Below are positions 1 through 27,568 of a stretch of 49,127 nucleotides of DNA, piece after piece. The stretch lies in the NCBI GenBank assembly GCA_030141605.1, contig JAQGDQ010001295.1:1-49127 (forward strand), given 5' to 3'. The notes below the pieces were generated by a model, which worked only from the letters and a program-made list of their open reading frames with translations, did no database searches and was not told the DNA's origin. Source of the DNA: Tubiluchus corallicola. Its lineage: Eukaryota > Animalia > Priapulida. How positions within the stretch are numbered: the first letter of the stretch is position 1; each line of letters starts with the position of its first letter. The position numbers and the translations under genes are program-made.

Positions 1-114
1 TTTTAACTTACATGTAGGCAGATATAGCCAATACCAGGCAACACTCAGCAACACTAAAGGACATAAGCGTGTTTGGAGAAAGTCAAAAATGTGTGGAGAG
101 TAATGATGATATAT

Positions 115-120
115 ATTTTT

Positions 121-163
<43 letters not shown>

Positions 164-221
164 TTCATTTATTTATATATATATTTATTTATTTATTTCT
201 TCATGTATTTATTTATTTATT
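115..221. repeat. (ATTT)n microsatellite, probably the tail of a minus-strand LINE fragment
   Basis: Direct reading; explains ORFs 69..266 and 73..273. Confidence 0.9.
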
Positions 222-1337
222 AGTGTCAAAAATACGTACAAGACATATATACAATTTCAATTATGAAATATAATGACACTATTATTATACAAACAAACAA
301 TTACTAAAAAAAGAAATATTGTTAAATCTTCCTGTTACTTATATTAGTTATTTAATGAAGTGCCTCATTTTCAATAATATGATCATAACACTGTAGCAGT
401 ACATAACATAGGATATTATTCATCATGTCTTAAAAACGCTTGGTGAATAATATACTACGTTATGTACTACTACAATGTTAAGATCACATCATACCATAGA
501 AAATGAGGCCTAATGAATGACAATTTATTTTAAATACTATTCATTACACTTTCTTTATTCTTTGATGATAATTCTTTATTTGCACAATACATACATACCT
601 GTAAGGCCTTCTTGCAGGCCAGGGAATATGTACTGTACCATCATAGATGTACACATTTGTACAATACTGTCGATTATATGTCCTTAGTGCCACAAAAAAT
701 CATACAGCCATACGGCTGAAGCCATTCTGTCAGGAACTTGGATTGACAAGTGCAACTCAACCCCCAATCTAGGTGTTGGACAAAACATTATCCAGTAATC
801 CAGTACGTGAGTGAAAGCAAAATTCTAGAAATAACTATCGATCAAAATTATTTTTTAACAAGCACGCCAGTAGTGTGACGAAAAAAGCATGGCAACGTTG
901 GCTTGATATAAAAAGATGCTACAATGAATACAAGGGGTTTTTGTCTACCTACAATACTATACTTCCTCAATGTAAATGTTCCTGTTCACAACATGGTAAA
1001 GGTTCGACAGCCATTATTCAGAAAACATGAATATTTCGATGACATAACGTACGACGTAATGAAGGTTGCGTGCGGGCTGCGGATAAAAAATTAAAGCCTA
1101 CAACTAGGCTACAATAGAAATATGGGAAATAATTTGCGGAGTGCCACCCATCGATATGATTGTCGAGTGCATTGCCAGAAAAATTCCTCTTGACAATTTT
1201 GAACCGCTGCAAGAGTGATTTAAATGAGAGCGAATGAGCGGTGGATTGGACGAGATAACAGAGATTTCCTGAAGTCTTACACAAATAATCAAATGTTGCC
1301 TTTGAAAAAAACCAAATACAAACCAAAAACCAAACCA

Positions 1338-1379
1338 AAGAGAGAAAGAGATAGACAGAAAGAGGGAAAGAGAAAGAGA

Positions 1380-1419
<40 letters not shown>

Positions 1420-1439
1420 AAGAGAAAGAGAAAGAGAGT

Positions 1440-1491
<52 letters not shown>

Positions 1492-1598
1492 GTGTGTGTG
1501 TGCATGTGCGTGTGCGTGTGCGTGTGTGTGTGTGTGTTTGTGGGCGCGTGCGTGTGTGTGTGTGTGTTTGTGGGCGCGTGCGTGCGTGCGTGTGTGTT
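1338..1598. repeat. Compound (GA)n/(GT)n/(GCGT)n microsatellite
   Basis: Direct reading; explains the ORFs at 1018-1684. Confidence 0.95.
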
Positions 1599-1726
1599 GT
1601 CTCACAAAAAAGTTCATCGCGAGTCACTCGCAACATGCATATCCTCAACGAAAATTAGTACTTTGTAAGACCTGTAAACTCTAGTCATTTCAAAAAAGTA
1701 AAAAGTTTTCTGGTTGATTCTTTTAG

Positions 1727-15332
<13,606 letters not shown>

Positions 15333-15425
15333 CAGTAAATACTGCCTCTGAAAGCGGCCAAGAGATGGCGCATCGAGTTATGTGCCAGATAAACTATTAT
15401 TTACCAGTATTGTAATAGCCAGTCA

Positions 15426-15431
15426 AATAAA
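15426..15431 (+). terminator. Candidate polyadenylation signal of the guanylyl cyclase gene
   Basis: First AATAAA after the stop codon, followed by a GT/T-rich stretch (tgtatgtttatttattt). Confidence 0.5.
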
Positions 15432-15829
15432 TGTATGTTTATTTATTTAAACACACTTGCTGAATGTTTGTTTATTTAAATACAATTATTTCCAGTACCA
15501 CATAACTACAGTTAAGCTGGTAAGACTCTGCTACCTGTAATAATAACGTAAACAAAATGCAATTTTAATCTGTAAAAAGAAAACAAGGGTGTATAAAAAT
15601 TGAAAATAAAAAAAGAAGTGCAATCAGAAACGCAGCCGAATAGTTGGCACTTATAAGAGAAAGTTTGGCTTGTGCGAATCATTGAAAGGGTAAATGCCTC
15701 TTCTGTAAATTTACTTTTTAAGACAGTTGCACTGATTTTCCATTATGTGTGCACAACAACAATAGTAATAAAATACATAATAACAATTAATTTTAATAAA
15801 GCTAAACGTTGATTGTTCATGGAGTGTAC

Positions 15830-16068
15830 TCGGCTACAAAGAGCAAATTAAGCAATGCTAAACCTGGCCAGTCAGTAGATGGGTTGCAGCAAGGCTAAAT
15901 GGCTCTGGCTGGTTTCATTCGTCTTGCTCTTCTGGTTACATCCGAACATGTTCTTTGTGATCTTATATTTTTGTTCTCTGTGATCTTTGGTCACGCTCTG
16001 CATTAAGCGCTTGGGCAGCAGTAAGCAGTGCGCTGAACAATGTATAAAAAGCTAATTTACATTAACAT
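15830..16068 (+). mobile_element. Very degenerate 5S-like SINE with L2-type tail
   Basis: ttaagcaatgctaaacctggccagtcagtagatgggt resembles the 5S internal control region; taagcgcttggg...gcgct...tataaa...tttacattaacat resembles L2/SINE 3' tails. Confidence 0.35.
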
Positions 16069-17671
16069 AAAAAGTTGAAAAATTTAATTATTGCACTGAA
16101 AATCATTGAAATAATTAATTCAAGTATATTTAAAAAAATAATTAGAAACAACCGTTTGTAATTCCGAAAATACCAGTACTTTTATATATTAAAAGGGAAA
16201 AGTGATTAACTAATTTGAGAATACCGAATTATTAAAATCAGAAGATACTGAAAACAATGAAGAAGCGAAGCATTGGTTAAAGTGCTAGAGATGATTCACT
16301 ACTCAAACCAGAGATGGAGCCACGCGATCAGTCGCTTCTACACTCTTAAAATCAGTAATCGATCTGAAAAATGGACGATGTGCCGAAGTTGGTTCATTGC
16401 GAAAAGTCTAAACCTTTATTTAAATAAATGTGCCTAAGAATTCGCTTTTTTCATTAAAAGTTTGCACGGTTTCTGAGCATTTTTAGTCTTAATACTTATG
16501 TGAGCAAAGACTTGGTAAGTCATAATTATATAGTTTTACTCGTGTTAGCCTCCGTAGATTTTAGTTTTATCAAAATTGTAGATGTAAACACTGAATTCAA
16601 ATATTCCGAGCTATACTAGCAGGAGTCTGTGGTGTTAGAGATGGGCCAGTAAGTTGTACCAAAGGATCGAAATGGCCTTTCGACATAAAAATAACTTGTT
16701 TACATGAACGGACACGTCTGATTTTGCTTTTCATCTACTGTATACTATAAGTATAAGTTTGTGACAGTAACAGCCAAAAACATGTTTTGAATATAGCATT
16801 TTAAAGTTTAATCATCAAGTCAGCTTGAACTAGAAACTTTCCGTCTGTGGAATTTTGCCTGTTTGATTGGTAAATAAAATAACTGTAGCTACTTCTGCTC
16901 TGTTTAATTAGACATAGACATTTATTTGCTCCAAATGTGTGACAAATTTCCATTTTACGAAAAAATAACTTTATCCGTGGAGATGGGCGAGGAAAGACCG
17001 TAGGTCATCTAGTCACTCACCCCTTATAATTTAATATTGATGACAGAAAAAAGAATTGATGACACAGAATACAAATAAACTAATCAAAATAAAGCAATAA
17101 CAAAAGCAAAATTATAAAAACAAACATAACAACAATAGGATAAGTGAAAAAAAGAATAATAATAAATGAAGATGATGAATAAGTATCACAATAATTAGTT
17201 ACAAATTAAATTAAATGATAATAATGTACAGTTGTTTGCAAAATTCTCGGCAACAAAAAATAATGTGAATATGATTATATAACAGAAAAAAGAAACGTAA
17301 AAGCAAAGCAGAGCAGCTAATTTATGTCACCGTCCAAAATTAATCTCTAATTGGGTATAGTGCATACACAAAAAATGTGTTGCAACTTCTTTTGTTTTTA
17401 CTTGCCCATAAATGTTTTCACTGAGTTTTATAATCTTTTTTCGAAAAGAAATTTAATGATTAAAACAAACCACTTGTTTCTTTAATTAGATGTTGTTGGA
17501 TAAAGGGACAAAGTGTATTTTATACAGCCAGTTTGCTAGAAAGATGTCTTTGCAGCCAATTTTATAGTCAAGTAGTTGAGTTCTAAAAAAAAATTCATCT
17601 CGCTTTAAAACAAATTTGAAATTTTGCAGTTTCGATCTCATGAATTGTATGCAAATATATATATATATATA

Positions 17672-18220
17672 TTTGATTATGTGAAAGATAAGGAAATTTC
17701 AGGGTTTGACAGTCATTTCACACAACTTTCAATATTTTTTCTAATACACATTTTTCTAATTTTCTAGAAAAACTATCTTGTAGTATTTTACTAGGACAAG
17801 GTAACTTTAGAGATTTTCTTTTTAAAATTGGATACATACATGAAAATGCCTGTATATGCTCAGAGGAAGCACAAACAGTTGAACATTTGCTTTTTGCTTG
17901 TACTCTGGTAGATGAAAATAAAAGATTAGTGATCGCAAATATCATACAATCTCAGAACATTAGTAAAATTTATACCACTCCTGACAAAAACCTGCTAGAT
18001 GCTTTCACTGAGTTAGTTTGTGATTTGTTTTTACAAACTTTAGTATAAAATATTGAACTTTGAGTAACAGAACAAATCTTACGAATGTAACAGCTATTTT
18101 ATTTACAAAGTTTTTTCAACCATACCCTGCAAATAGAGGGTCACTGTATGTATTTTATGTAAATATTTGTATATGTGTATAATTTAAAGTTTAAATAAAG
18201 AATTATAATAATAATAATAA
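17672..18220 (+). mobile_element. 3' end of an I/R1/Nimb-group LINE with CCHC zinc knuckle
   Basis: Frame ending TAA 18046-18048 reads LLGQGNFRDFLFKIGYIHENACICSEEAQTVEHLLFAC (GHG..F...L.KIG...CxC....TVEHLL..C motif); AATAAA and (AAT)n tail ending at 18220. Confidence 0.8.
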
Positions 18221-18384
18221 GTCGCACAAAATGCTGTCTATCTACTTGCTGTGATCTATAATTTATTCAACCTATGCAAAAAGGATGATACATGTATACA
18301 TATACGAAACTATAGACCTAAATTGTTTTAAAACAAAATGAACACGAAATTTTACCAACAATGGTCTATGATTTAATAAAAATG

Positions 18385-18900
18385 TAAATTATTATTCCAG
18401 TGATTACGATGCAGTGGTAGTAATGTGGCAGAATTGAAGAATTGCTTCGACTTGGTAGCCTTGACGACGGCCAGGTGAGCCATGCATCTTGCTGCAAAGA
18501 TTGTCATCTTGAGTGGATTTTTAGCTTGTGTCGTTTCCTCTGATGATGGTAAGTAAAGCAAAGAAGCTTTAGTCTACCCACTGTGACATTCTCTGATTGC
18601 TGCCTTGATCTGATTTAACTTAGAAAGCTAGAAAAACCGTATGTTCTGAGTAAAATAATTATAAAACTCACATGCTAGCAACAGCTTTCCTGATCACGTC
18701 CTAGAGAAGTCAAATTACTTTTGACATCTGTGTAATCTTTACTCAGTTTTGATCCATTTCTTGCAGTGTAAATATGTTTGGTAAGAAAAATTGTAAATTG
18801 TATCAAGGTAATAAGCAGGGATGAGAATTTTCCGCGGATAAGCTGAATTCCGAGTTTTTGGAAGACCAGTAGTGCCATTTGTGTAAATGGCATAAATTCA
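18385..18900 (-). pseudogene. Possible highly decayed piggyBac-type transposase C-terminus
   Basis: Minus-strand fragments QKLGIQLI...FLYQTY-like...GSKLS..DY and LYLPSSE...KNPLK...FCH..PLHRNHW resemble PGBD C-terminal WYKKL..HL and cysteine-rich-domain motifs; many frameshifts. Confidence 0.3.
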
Positions 18901-19346
18901 TTGAGAAAATTTTTACGGACCCAGTACATTATTTCACAAGCTGACTGCTATTTGGCAGGCCGTCACTTTGTTTACATCACGTACATCAGTGTAACCACGT
19001 GTGTATATCTCTATGTATAAAAATATAGAATCAATTGTGCAGAGTTATTTGAGTCAATTGCAGACAGTTTTTATATACTTTTGCATAGCAGTGGCCAGTA
19101 CTTAGGCGTTTTTGAGACAATTAGGTATCATGTATCCTTGATAGTTGGGTATTTTAAATTATGCATGAAACGAGGTAATTGATATTTTAAGTCCACTTAG
19201 AGGCTCTCTATGGTCACAAAATTGCAATTTGTTGCTGGTTCCAAGGGGGTTTTGTCCCCTTGAACCCCATCGGGGGCCTTGGCGGCACCAAAACCCCCGT
19301 CCTGTTTCAGAGTTTTTTGCAATTTGTCATTCTCATCCCTGTAATA

Positions 19347-19719
19347 AGCCTTTTCACAGTTCCAGCAATTGACGATGATCGTGTACACTTGTTTACACCA
19401 GCAATTTGTATACACTTGACAATGCATCGCAGCCCATGCTGTTGTAACACTAACAATTTTAACAGCTAGCTAGAACCTTACCTAGTTCATTTTTTCTTGT
19501 TCCTAAGCAAGATCCTGCTAGTAAATCACTCTATGCACAGACTGATGCATAATTAAATAAAACCTACATAAAACAACTGAAGTTACTGAACTGATGCAGC
19601 AGATGGGTTTGCTTTACCTCACATCGCATGAAGGTTGTAGTTAAGACGCGTTGCTGTGGTTCACTTAACCTTTGACCTACAGCAACTGCGCGTGCGCACA
19701 GCAAAACTGTCAAAAGGCT
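19347..19719. mobile_element. MITE with TIR AGCCTTTTCACAGTT (copy 1; superfamily unassigned)
   Basis: TIR agccttttcacagtt / aactgtcaaaaggct; interior homologous to 46840-47199. Confidence 0.8.
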
Positions 19720-21182
19720 CATTCGGGTGATAAATACAACAAGTTAAGTCTAGATTAATAAATTAGGATTTTTACAATTTTCACTTTCTCTGACATATTG
19801 GTTTGGCACAGATTGTACTCCTCATCTTATTAATAGCAAGGATTTTGGCTTCATAGTAGATTTTGATTTCATAGCCATTTTTTGGCTGATTTTGTGAATA
19901 TGGGTCATTCTCCACAGAACGTACAATTTTTGTCCCAGGATAATTGTTTTTTTAAATAACAAAGTTTCTGGTGTGATCCTATCTCATGACTGGTAGACAC
20001 CAAAGAAAGAGACTTATTCCAGTTGTATTTGTTGCCAGAAAAGTGATTTGGACATTTGTACTGAAGCTGAAATCAGTTCCTGTGAAAGTTTTTCCTATGT
20101 CCGCACTGCGTTTTCAACTTTTCCATTACGTTAGTTTTGGCAGAACGTATCCGTTTAAAAATTAAAATGCAGTTTTTTACTCTAAACAGCACGCTAAAAG
20201 TGAAAATCCCCTTCCCAAAAACTTTCAGAACTAGCAGATATTTGTGTTGCTTAATTTCATGTGTGTCTCCGTGTTCATGTGTCATTCCTGTTACTTTGGT
20301 GGAAAAGCTGAGGCATGTACTATATATAGTATTGCAAAAAAGTAAGCCTGTATATATTTCTGGCCTGTTTTGTACCGTATAATTGCGGGATCGGATTAAA
20401 TATTTTTCATTAGAGTGAATGAATTAGATTATCACTATATTTCTCACTTCAAGTAATATCATATGTTTTCCATATAAGCATAACAGTGCCAGATGGCCTG
20501 CTTGAAGGAATAACTGCATAGATTGAGTGATTGATTGAATACTTTTATTTCGGAACAAAGTCCATATTACAACACAATACAAATCTAGTTAACTGTACGT
20601 GTTAAATTATAGCAATATTGCAAATGTATTTGATGGAGAATTAATGTCAATTGGAAATTTCATTTACGACTGTATGCATAGATTTTTGAATTAAATAGTA
20701 CAGCTTTGTTAACGGACATATAACCGCATCACTGTGATTATCATATAGGTAAAATATTTGTTTATCATATGTGTACAAATGCTTAGTAAATAGTTTTTTT
20801 CGCTTCATAGAGTTTACAACTAAATTTGTATATCTGTGTATATACCTCGTGCAGTTATGTTGAATCAAATTGTTAGTATGATCTGGAAATCATTACCCGA
20901 GCTGTGCCTGCTGATAAAACCATCGGGTATGCGTCGAGTTTGTAATTTTCGTGTTGGAAATTTGATTTTCAGAAATAAAATATCTATCTGTCTATCTATC
21001 TAACAATCATTATATATATAAATCAATATACAATTATCGGTTAGTAGTTTCTCATAACTAAATACAGTTAATTAAGTATTTACAATATTTACAACTTTGC
21101 TTTATTGGGCTACAGTATATAGGTACAAAGGAAATAACGACTGCTTATCTCTGTGACTCTTTGTCAATGTTTCCATAGCTTA

Positions 21183-21480
21183 TCACTATTATTATTATTA
21201 TTTATTCGAACATTCATATTTACAATAGACATATACGTGCAATTCAATTTGTTATTACATAAACAGACAGATTGAGAAAAAAGGTAAGGCAATATGTAAC
21301 ACATTAAATATAAGAATGTAATTTAAAGTAAGCTTTTGTACATAAAAGTAAAAAAAAATATTAAAACCAGAGTTTACTGATCACTGCAATGCTTGTTTTG
21401 TCGAGCCTTAAAATGTTTGAATGAACTGCACTGAGGCATGGGTGAGACTCTTCCAGCAGGCTGTACCATTCACAGGTCAT
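21183..21480 (-). mobile_element. Decayed L2/Crack-type LINE 3' end
   Basis: Minus strand WKSL...CSSFKHFKAR followed by 3' UTR, AATAAA and (AAT)n tail at about 21185-21205. Confidence 0.45.
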
Positions 21481-22337
21481 TGATCAAATCCCCCAAGTGT
21501 TTATTAAGCTTTAAGAGCACTGTGAGGCCGGCTTACTTAAGCCAGGGAATATTGACAGATGTACTGACCATATGTAGTCCGATCAAGTGACCAGATTAAC
21601 TCATAATCCTCCAAGATGGGAGGTTTTATGCTGAACATACACAGTTTTCTGAGAAAAAAACTGACTGACCCACATTGCCTTTTGCTCTGTTGACGCAGCA
21701 AGTGGGTTATTTACTTGGCCTGTTAAGTGTTGTGCATAAGATTGGAAATGTACGTTGTGGTCATACATGCTTTATTATGTCTGTGATACCGCAATTTTGA
21801 GGACTCAAGTTCCGATTTTAGAAATGTATGGCAAAATATTTCGAAATATTTAAACAATTGCACTATTGTTCGTGTATGAAAACGCCTATTTAGTAACGAA
21901 AGTGTGCTTGGCTCAAGTTACCTATGTAATCATTTGTAATGTAAATTTTATAATACATAGCTAAATTCTGGACAGCGGCAAGGGCAAATTTTTAAAACTG
22001 TCTTCTGAGTTCCATTAATCTTGTCCACATTGCAAGAACACTATAGAGTATGGATTTAGCAACAAAAGACAAATCACACTGCATTTTAATTTAAAAGGAA
22101 GTGGTGCTTATTATATGCTTATGTATAACTTTACCTCTGGGGTTAAATTAAGAGATGCCTGATTAATTATTACTAACTGTCAGGTAGACAATTACCTCTA
22201 ACAAAAACCGACAATCATAAGTTAGTTTTAATTAGCTAAGCAATATTACTAAGTACTGAGGCTTAATAGTGGAAGAGAAGGCAATTATAAAATCTGTGTA
22301 ATGACATGAACGTTTTGTCATACAACAAACACCACCT

Positions 22338-22652
22338 GCTCCCCAGTGAACAAGGATTTGAACATCTTTATTAATGTATGCTGCTACCACCAACTCTATT
22401 GCCTTACTCAAGGTTTCCTCAGGCATTACAATACGAACAAAACATGACATTGTTCTATGAAATAAAGTTGAAAGAACATTTCAAAAGCCTATATTTAGAA
22501 ACATTTCAGTAACTTAACTAATTGCACTTGAACATCTTTATTAATGTATGTTACTACCCACCAACTCTATTGCCCTACCCTACTTTTATTCTACGAAACA
22601 AAGTTGAAAGAAAATTTCGAAGGCTTATATTTAGAAACATTTTAGTAACTTT
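22338..22652. repeat. Imperfect tandem duplication (about 170-190 bp period)
   Basis: ttgaacatctttattaatgtatg...ccaactctattgcc...aaagttgaaagaa...tatatttagaaacattt occurs twice (about 22358 and 22528). Confidence 0.75.
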
Positions 22653-24744
22653 GCACTATACTTATGTCTGCCTCCAATGAATGTTAATCAGTTTTTTTAC
22701 AAGATAACGCCAGTTACTTTACATAAATCCTTTCCTAGACATTTATATGAGTGAAAGATATTCACGTTCTTAATTGGTTCACTCTGTAAGATTGTAAATG
22801 CATCAGAAGACTAGATGTCAGTTGCTGTTTGCTGTTACGAACAATGTAACGAAAATCTTCACTAAATTGCCAGTAGCCATTCCAAACACAATAGGCAACG
22901 TTTTGCTTGTAATCAGCAATTGTAAGCATTGTTCGTTTATCGACTTGACCATTTTGGGAGGAAATTACAGGCCTGTTGTTTACACAAATTGCATGTTATT
23001 GATTTTCCTGTTACTGTTTAGAATTGCAAAGACTTGAAATTCAGGTATGGCTGCAATGCACTTGTTTTGTGTTGGTCTTCCTGAGAAGAGGGAAAGTGAT
23101 ACAACGGTCTTGGAGAGATGCAAAATAAACAGAGGCTGATAGAAATGAGAAGAAAATTAGGAAAGGGTCGAAAATAAAAAGGATAACAGGGTAGATAAGA
23201 ACAGGAAAAAGACTGAGTTAAAAAGGGGTGACAAAAATGCTAACAATGCGAAAAGAAGCTGGCTGGGTCAAGGAGAAAGATAAAGAGAAAAAGACGCAGA
23301 CAAAGACATAGAGACTTTGAGAGGTGAAAGAGAGAAAGACTGAGGAACAGAGAGCGAGAGAGAGAAGGGAAGGGGAGCCAGGTTATTATTATTATTATCT
23401 TAACGCTAATTTATTCAGACAAAACACAGAGGAGAAAGAAAGAGAGGGAGAGAGATTAAGACGGAAAAAGATATGATCAAGGAAAAAGAAATAATCAAAA
23501 CTGAGAAAGAGAAAGCTGGGGGCAGAAATCGAGGAAAATTGGCACAAAAAAGCTAGAGTGTAACTGACCAACTCCCATTGCTCCATTTCTTGCAGCTGCT
23601 ATGATATGAACACAATCAATAGCTGGCAGTGGTTTCATACAGCATGTCCTGTCGGCCTGGCTTCATCATTATGATACTGCTCTCACGAAACTGCCAGCCA
23701 GCTATTTCATTCATCCATTCATAATTCACTTGACACGATTATTCCTTGTTAAAATCGCTATACTCACTATGACAGCAAGTCAAGAGTTTAGTATTTGTTT
23801 GCCTTTAAAATTTTGGCTCAAAAACACCAGCCTGTAACAGAATTTTAGTTATTGTTACGTGGGAGTTACTACTGTTTCCTTAACTTCGGTCAATGTCATT
23901 GTCACGCTCACTATATGTGATCGTGGGTCTGCAGTTAAGCAACACTTTGTTTTAATGTTTAGTGGATGTGTCACTGCCAAGAAATCTGGTTCTGGGTGGT
24001 TTCTTCTGTCATTTGGCTTTTTGCTGTTTGTCGTGTTCAGGGAGGTTGTATAGATAGTCCTTTCCAGTTCATTGAAATTTATTTCAGTACAATCTTAGAG
24101 GATTATTCTTACCTAGGTTCTCATCTTTCCACAAATGTCAACATTAATATGGATTGTGCTGCAGGCTATGTAGAATAATTGCGCTACATTTTTTCATCTA
24201 CTGCATTTTTAATCACATTGTTATAATGGCGAATTCATTCATTCAATTATAAACTTTTAGCAAACTCTGCGAAAGCTTTTAATAAGATTGAATTTGTCTA
24301 GTGAAGCCTCTATGGAAAGAGTTCTCATTGTGGCAGGCATTGACAGTGAGACCTCTGCAGGATGGAATCAATACCTCTGTTGCAGAAACCAATTCCTCTA
24401 GCTGAAGTAGCAAATCAAGTTTACATAAATTTCATTAAGTAACGGCAAGAATTTGATAAAAAAAACCCTGCCCTTTTTACATCAGTTTGATTATCTTTCA
24501 CAGGTATATATTTTTAAACATTTCCACAATTCCAACACTTCCAACAGCGTCTTTGGCCATTATTAGCTTTTCTTATTTGACTGATATTATGTCTTATCAA
24601 GTGAAAAAGGCCTAAAAACAAAGTTCACGTATGTACATGAGCTTATATGGGCAGCAGAGGTTATTATCAACATCGCTAGGTGTGTGGAAATATTGATATT
24701 TTTCTTTTGCTTGTGTATATGTTTTATCTCAACGTATTTCTTTG

Positions 24745-25135
24745 ATGACCGGAAATACGGTCACAGGAAAAAGTCGTATTTTGTGGCTAGGAAAAAAGTC
24801 CTGGACAGGAAGTCACATTTGATTTATAGTGGCTGGAAAAAGTCACAAATTTGGTTAGGATAGAAAGTTAGGTAATCAAACAAAAATATTCAAGTCAGTC
24901 ACAATTTATTTACGTGCCATAAACAATTAAAGTAATAAAAGAGAAAATATTTTAAATCAGTCAATAACTGGCAATACGCATATTGACAACACTAATTATG
25001 TATGGTGGCATTACGTGCGTGAAAAAAAATCATGATTTGTTCGATATCTTTGTGTTAGGTTTCCGGGTTTTGGTACGACTTTTCCTGTGACTTTTTCTGT
25101 TGCTTTCTTACTTGTAACTTTATGACCTGGATTCA
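24745..25135. mobile_element. MITE-like element with subterminal GGAAAAAGTC repeats
   Basis: Left arm gtcacaggaaaaagtcgta plus repeated ggaaaaagtc; right arm tacgacttttcctgtgac is its reverse complement. Confidence 0.55.
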
Positions 25136-25753
25136 TTTGACCTTTCACTGTGGATTTGTACAATGGTGTCGCATTTCTATTAAACATACACCTAATGATA
25201 CAGCAGGCCATGAAAACCTGACTGAGGACTATGTCTTTCCTTGTTCAACCGATTCTTTAGAGTAACCCAGAGCAGCTTCTTCTGTGCCGGCCGTTACCAA
25301 CTGAAAACGAAGCTCCAAATACTTAACATCCTACTGTTGTTGGAAAAACAGGAGAATTTGTAAACGAATATGTGGGATAAATACAGGATAACTCGTGTAT
25401 CTTGGCGTGTACATGTGGAACTACGTGTTTCAAGTCCAGATAATCCAGTTGAAGTGGCAAAATATGTCGTTGCGTAACGCATTAGAATCGGATTGGTCAG
25501 CAAAGTCGTTGAACTGAGAAGCCAGACACTGAAGTGACGTAAAAGCTTTGCACTAATGAACGTGTACAAACACGAATCCAGTCAGATATATCCATGTGTG
25601 ATATCGGATATACCAATAAGCCATTAAACAGTACGAACGGATTAGTGGTTGTGTTTAAGGGGTGGAACTAGACAAAGCATGCAGTACTTGGTTACATGTC
25701 TCAAGGGTCCAAACTTGTATTAACATTTGTAGATCTATTCTGAGTACCATTAA

Positions 25754-26331
25754 AGGAAGACAGGATGATTTTTCATATACTACCCCATATTCAAATACGG
25801 CAAAAACTATACATTTTAACACCAGTAATACTACAAAGGCGTTTCTGATAATTAAATAATAGATTAAAATGTTAATTAAGAGCGGGCGAGCCCAACTAGT
25901 GATGACGTCACAAACTAACATTATCTTAAACAGCAAAAATATTCTGTGAATGTGTTGCACGTGTTTGTGAAAGAAAAAATTGAAGTACAGTGCAACTGTG
26001 AGATATTCAGTGAGTTGTAATAAAAGTGGAAAAGCTTTAAGATAAAATTTCAAATTTACCGCATGAGCTGTCGAACGTGTGTAGTTCGTTACGAACTAGC
26101 ACATGTGAACTGAGAGGTACACCGCCTGTTTTTTGTGCAACGCTTTCCGAAATGCAGGCGCTGGTGCCCGAAATGCACTTAACAGCGAAAAAGTAGTGAC
26201 GCGAACGTGAAATTGCGTTTGTGTGGAAATAATTCTTTCACGTAAGGCATTCTAAAATAGCATGTTTCCTTTCAATTTTTTAAAGAATAAGTTGTTTCGA
26301 TTTACAGTTTAAGATTGGGTCCGGTTTTGCT
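25754..26331. mobile_element. TTAA-flanked non-autonomous DNA element, Kolobok-like (copy 2)
   Basis: Direct-orientation homologue of 11971-12589 (shared gatttttcatatactacccca, gcgggcgagcccaact, gaactgagaggtacac, attctttcacgtaa); TTAA at both ends. Confidence 0.7.
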
Positions 26332-27568
26332 TTAAGTTTTTATCATGCCCTTAGTAACAGGCTACCTTTTTAGTAGATTAATTAACCTTTAATTAACTAA
26401 ATTTATTTAATGCAATTAACCTTGATTTAATTAAATTATTTAGATTATGTTCTTTATGATAACGTCATCAGTGTTACAAACAAACTAACATTACAATAAT
26501 TGTTATTACCATTACTAGTTAATAGATAAGTTAAGTTGGATCGGTTCCGTTAAACCTGGACGATCATATCGCTTCATCCTAAGGAAATCAAAAGTAAAGG
26601 TTCGTGATTGTAACAAAATTTATCGTGCTATACAGGGTTAACAAGCTGTCAATTCTTTCTAACCATATAATTGTTCATCAGATGCTTCCACCGAGAAAAC
26701 GCAAAGAAAAACTTAAATCCTAGTTGGTAGTTTTTGGTAGAAGTATTTTCACGGAAATTTAGAACCTGCATAATATTTTATTCTTTAAACGACTAGTACT
26801 GTTCATGATGTTCTCATGGTGATTGTCAAAAGAAAGAAGCCATGCAACACGATAATGATTGTCAAAAGAAAGAAGCCATGCAATACGATAATTGCTCATT
26901 TATTACTTGTTATTTAGTAATGACGTATTTGCAGTAACACCGGGATACGATGATACTTTGATATGCTTTCATAGTTTTAGCTAAAATTTCGAAAGTTTTA
27001 ATATGGTGACTCTAAATTATTTCTAGTCTATGAGTCACCGTTGTTCATTTAAGTATTAGAAATACATCCGTTGTGGTCTATAATGTGTGATGAAGTAACA
27101 TTAGCCTCTTCTGTATGTTATATTCAATGCTATTAGACATTTTGTGCAATTACATTACACGTGTACTAAGCGGCGACAGCAAACGTTCAAGTTTTTACCC
27201 TGCGGCCACCCGGCGGCGACACTGTTTGTTACGTGAACATGGTTTTATAATTCCTGGCTACAAGTTTATTATCATGGACACACCCTCAGCACACCTCTGC
27301 AGCTAGAGATTGCCCTCATGGCATGAATGGAGGAGGAATGGAATTATGACTGAGTTGAAAATCTTGAGTTGATTGCTTGGCTAGCTGAATGTTTAGTTTA
27401 CAAACAAGGCGAAAGTAAATAAACGTTTGATAACGCTTAACGCGTCGGCGGCATAATATTTGTTTTACGCTCAGCTCCAGCTGAGATTCACTGCTAATTT
27501 GATTTTTCTCGCTTGATAATGTTCACCCAAAACCGAGTAAAATATACACAGTGTTCTGCATCCTAGAC

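Noticed and set aside
857-1640. Helentron-associated (HINE/DINE-like) element around the GA/GT microsatellite
   Set aside because: AACAAG start and 3' hairpin (gcgagtcactcgc) are suggestive, but there is no second copy or clear sub-terminal inverted repeat in the window.
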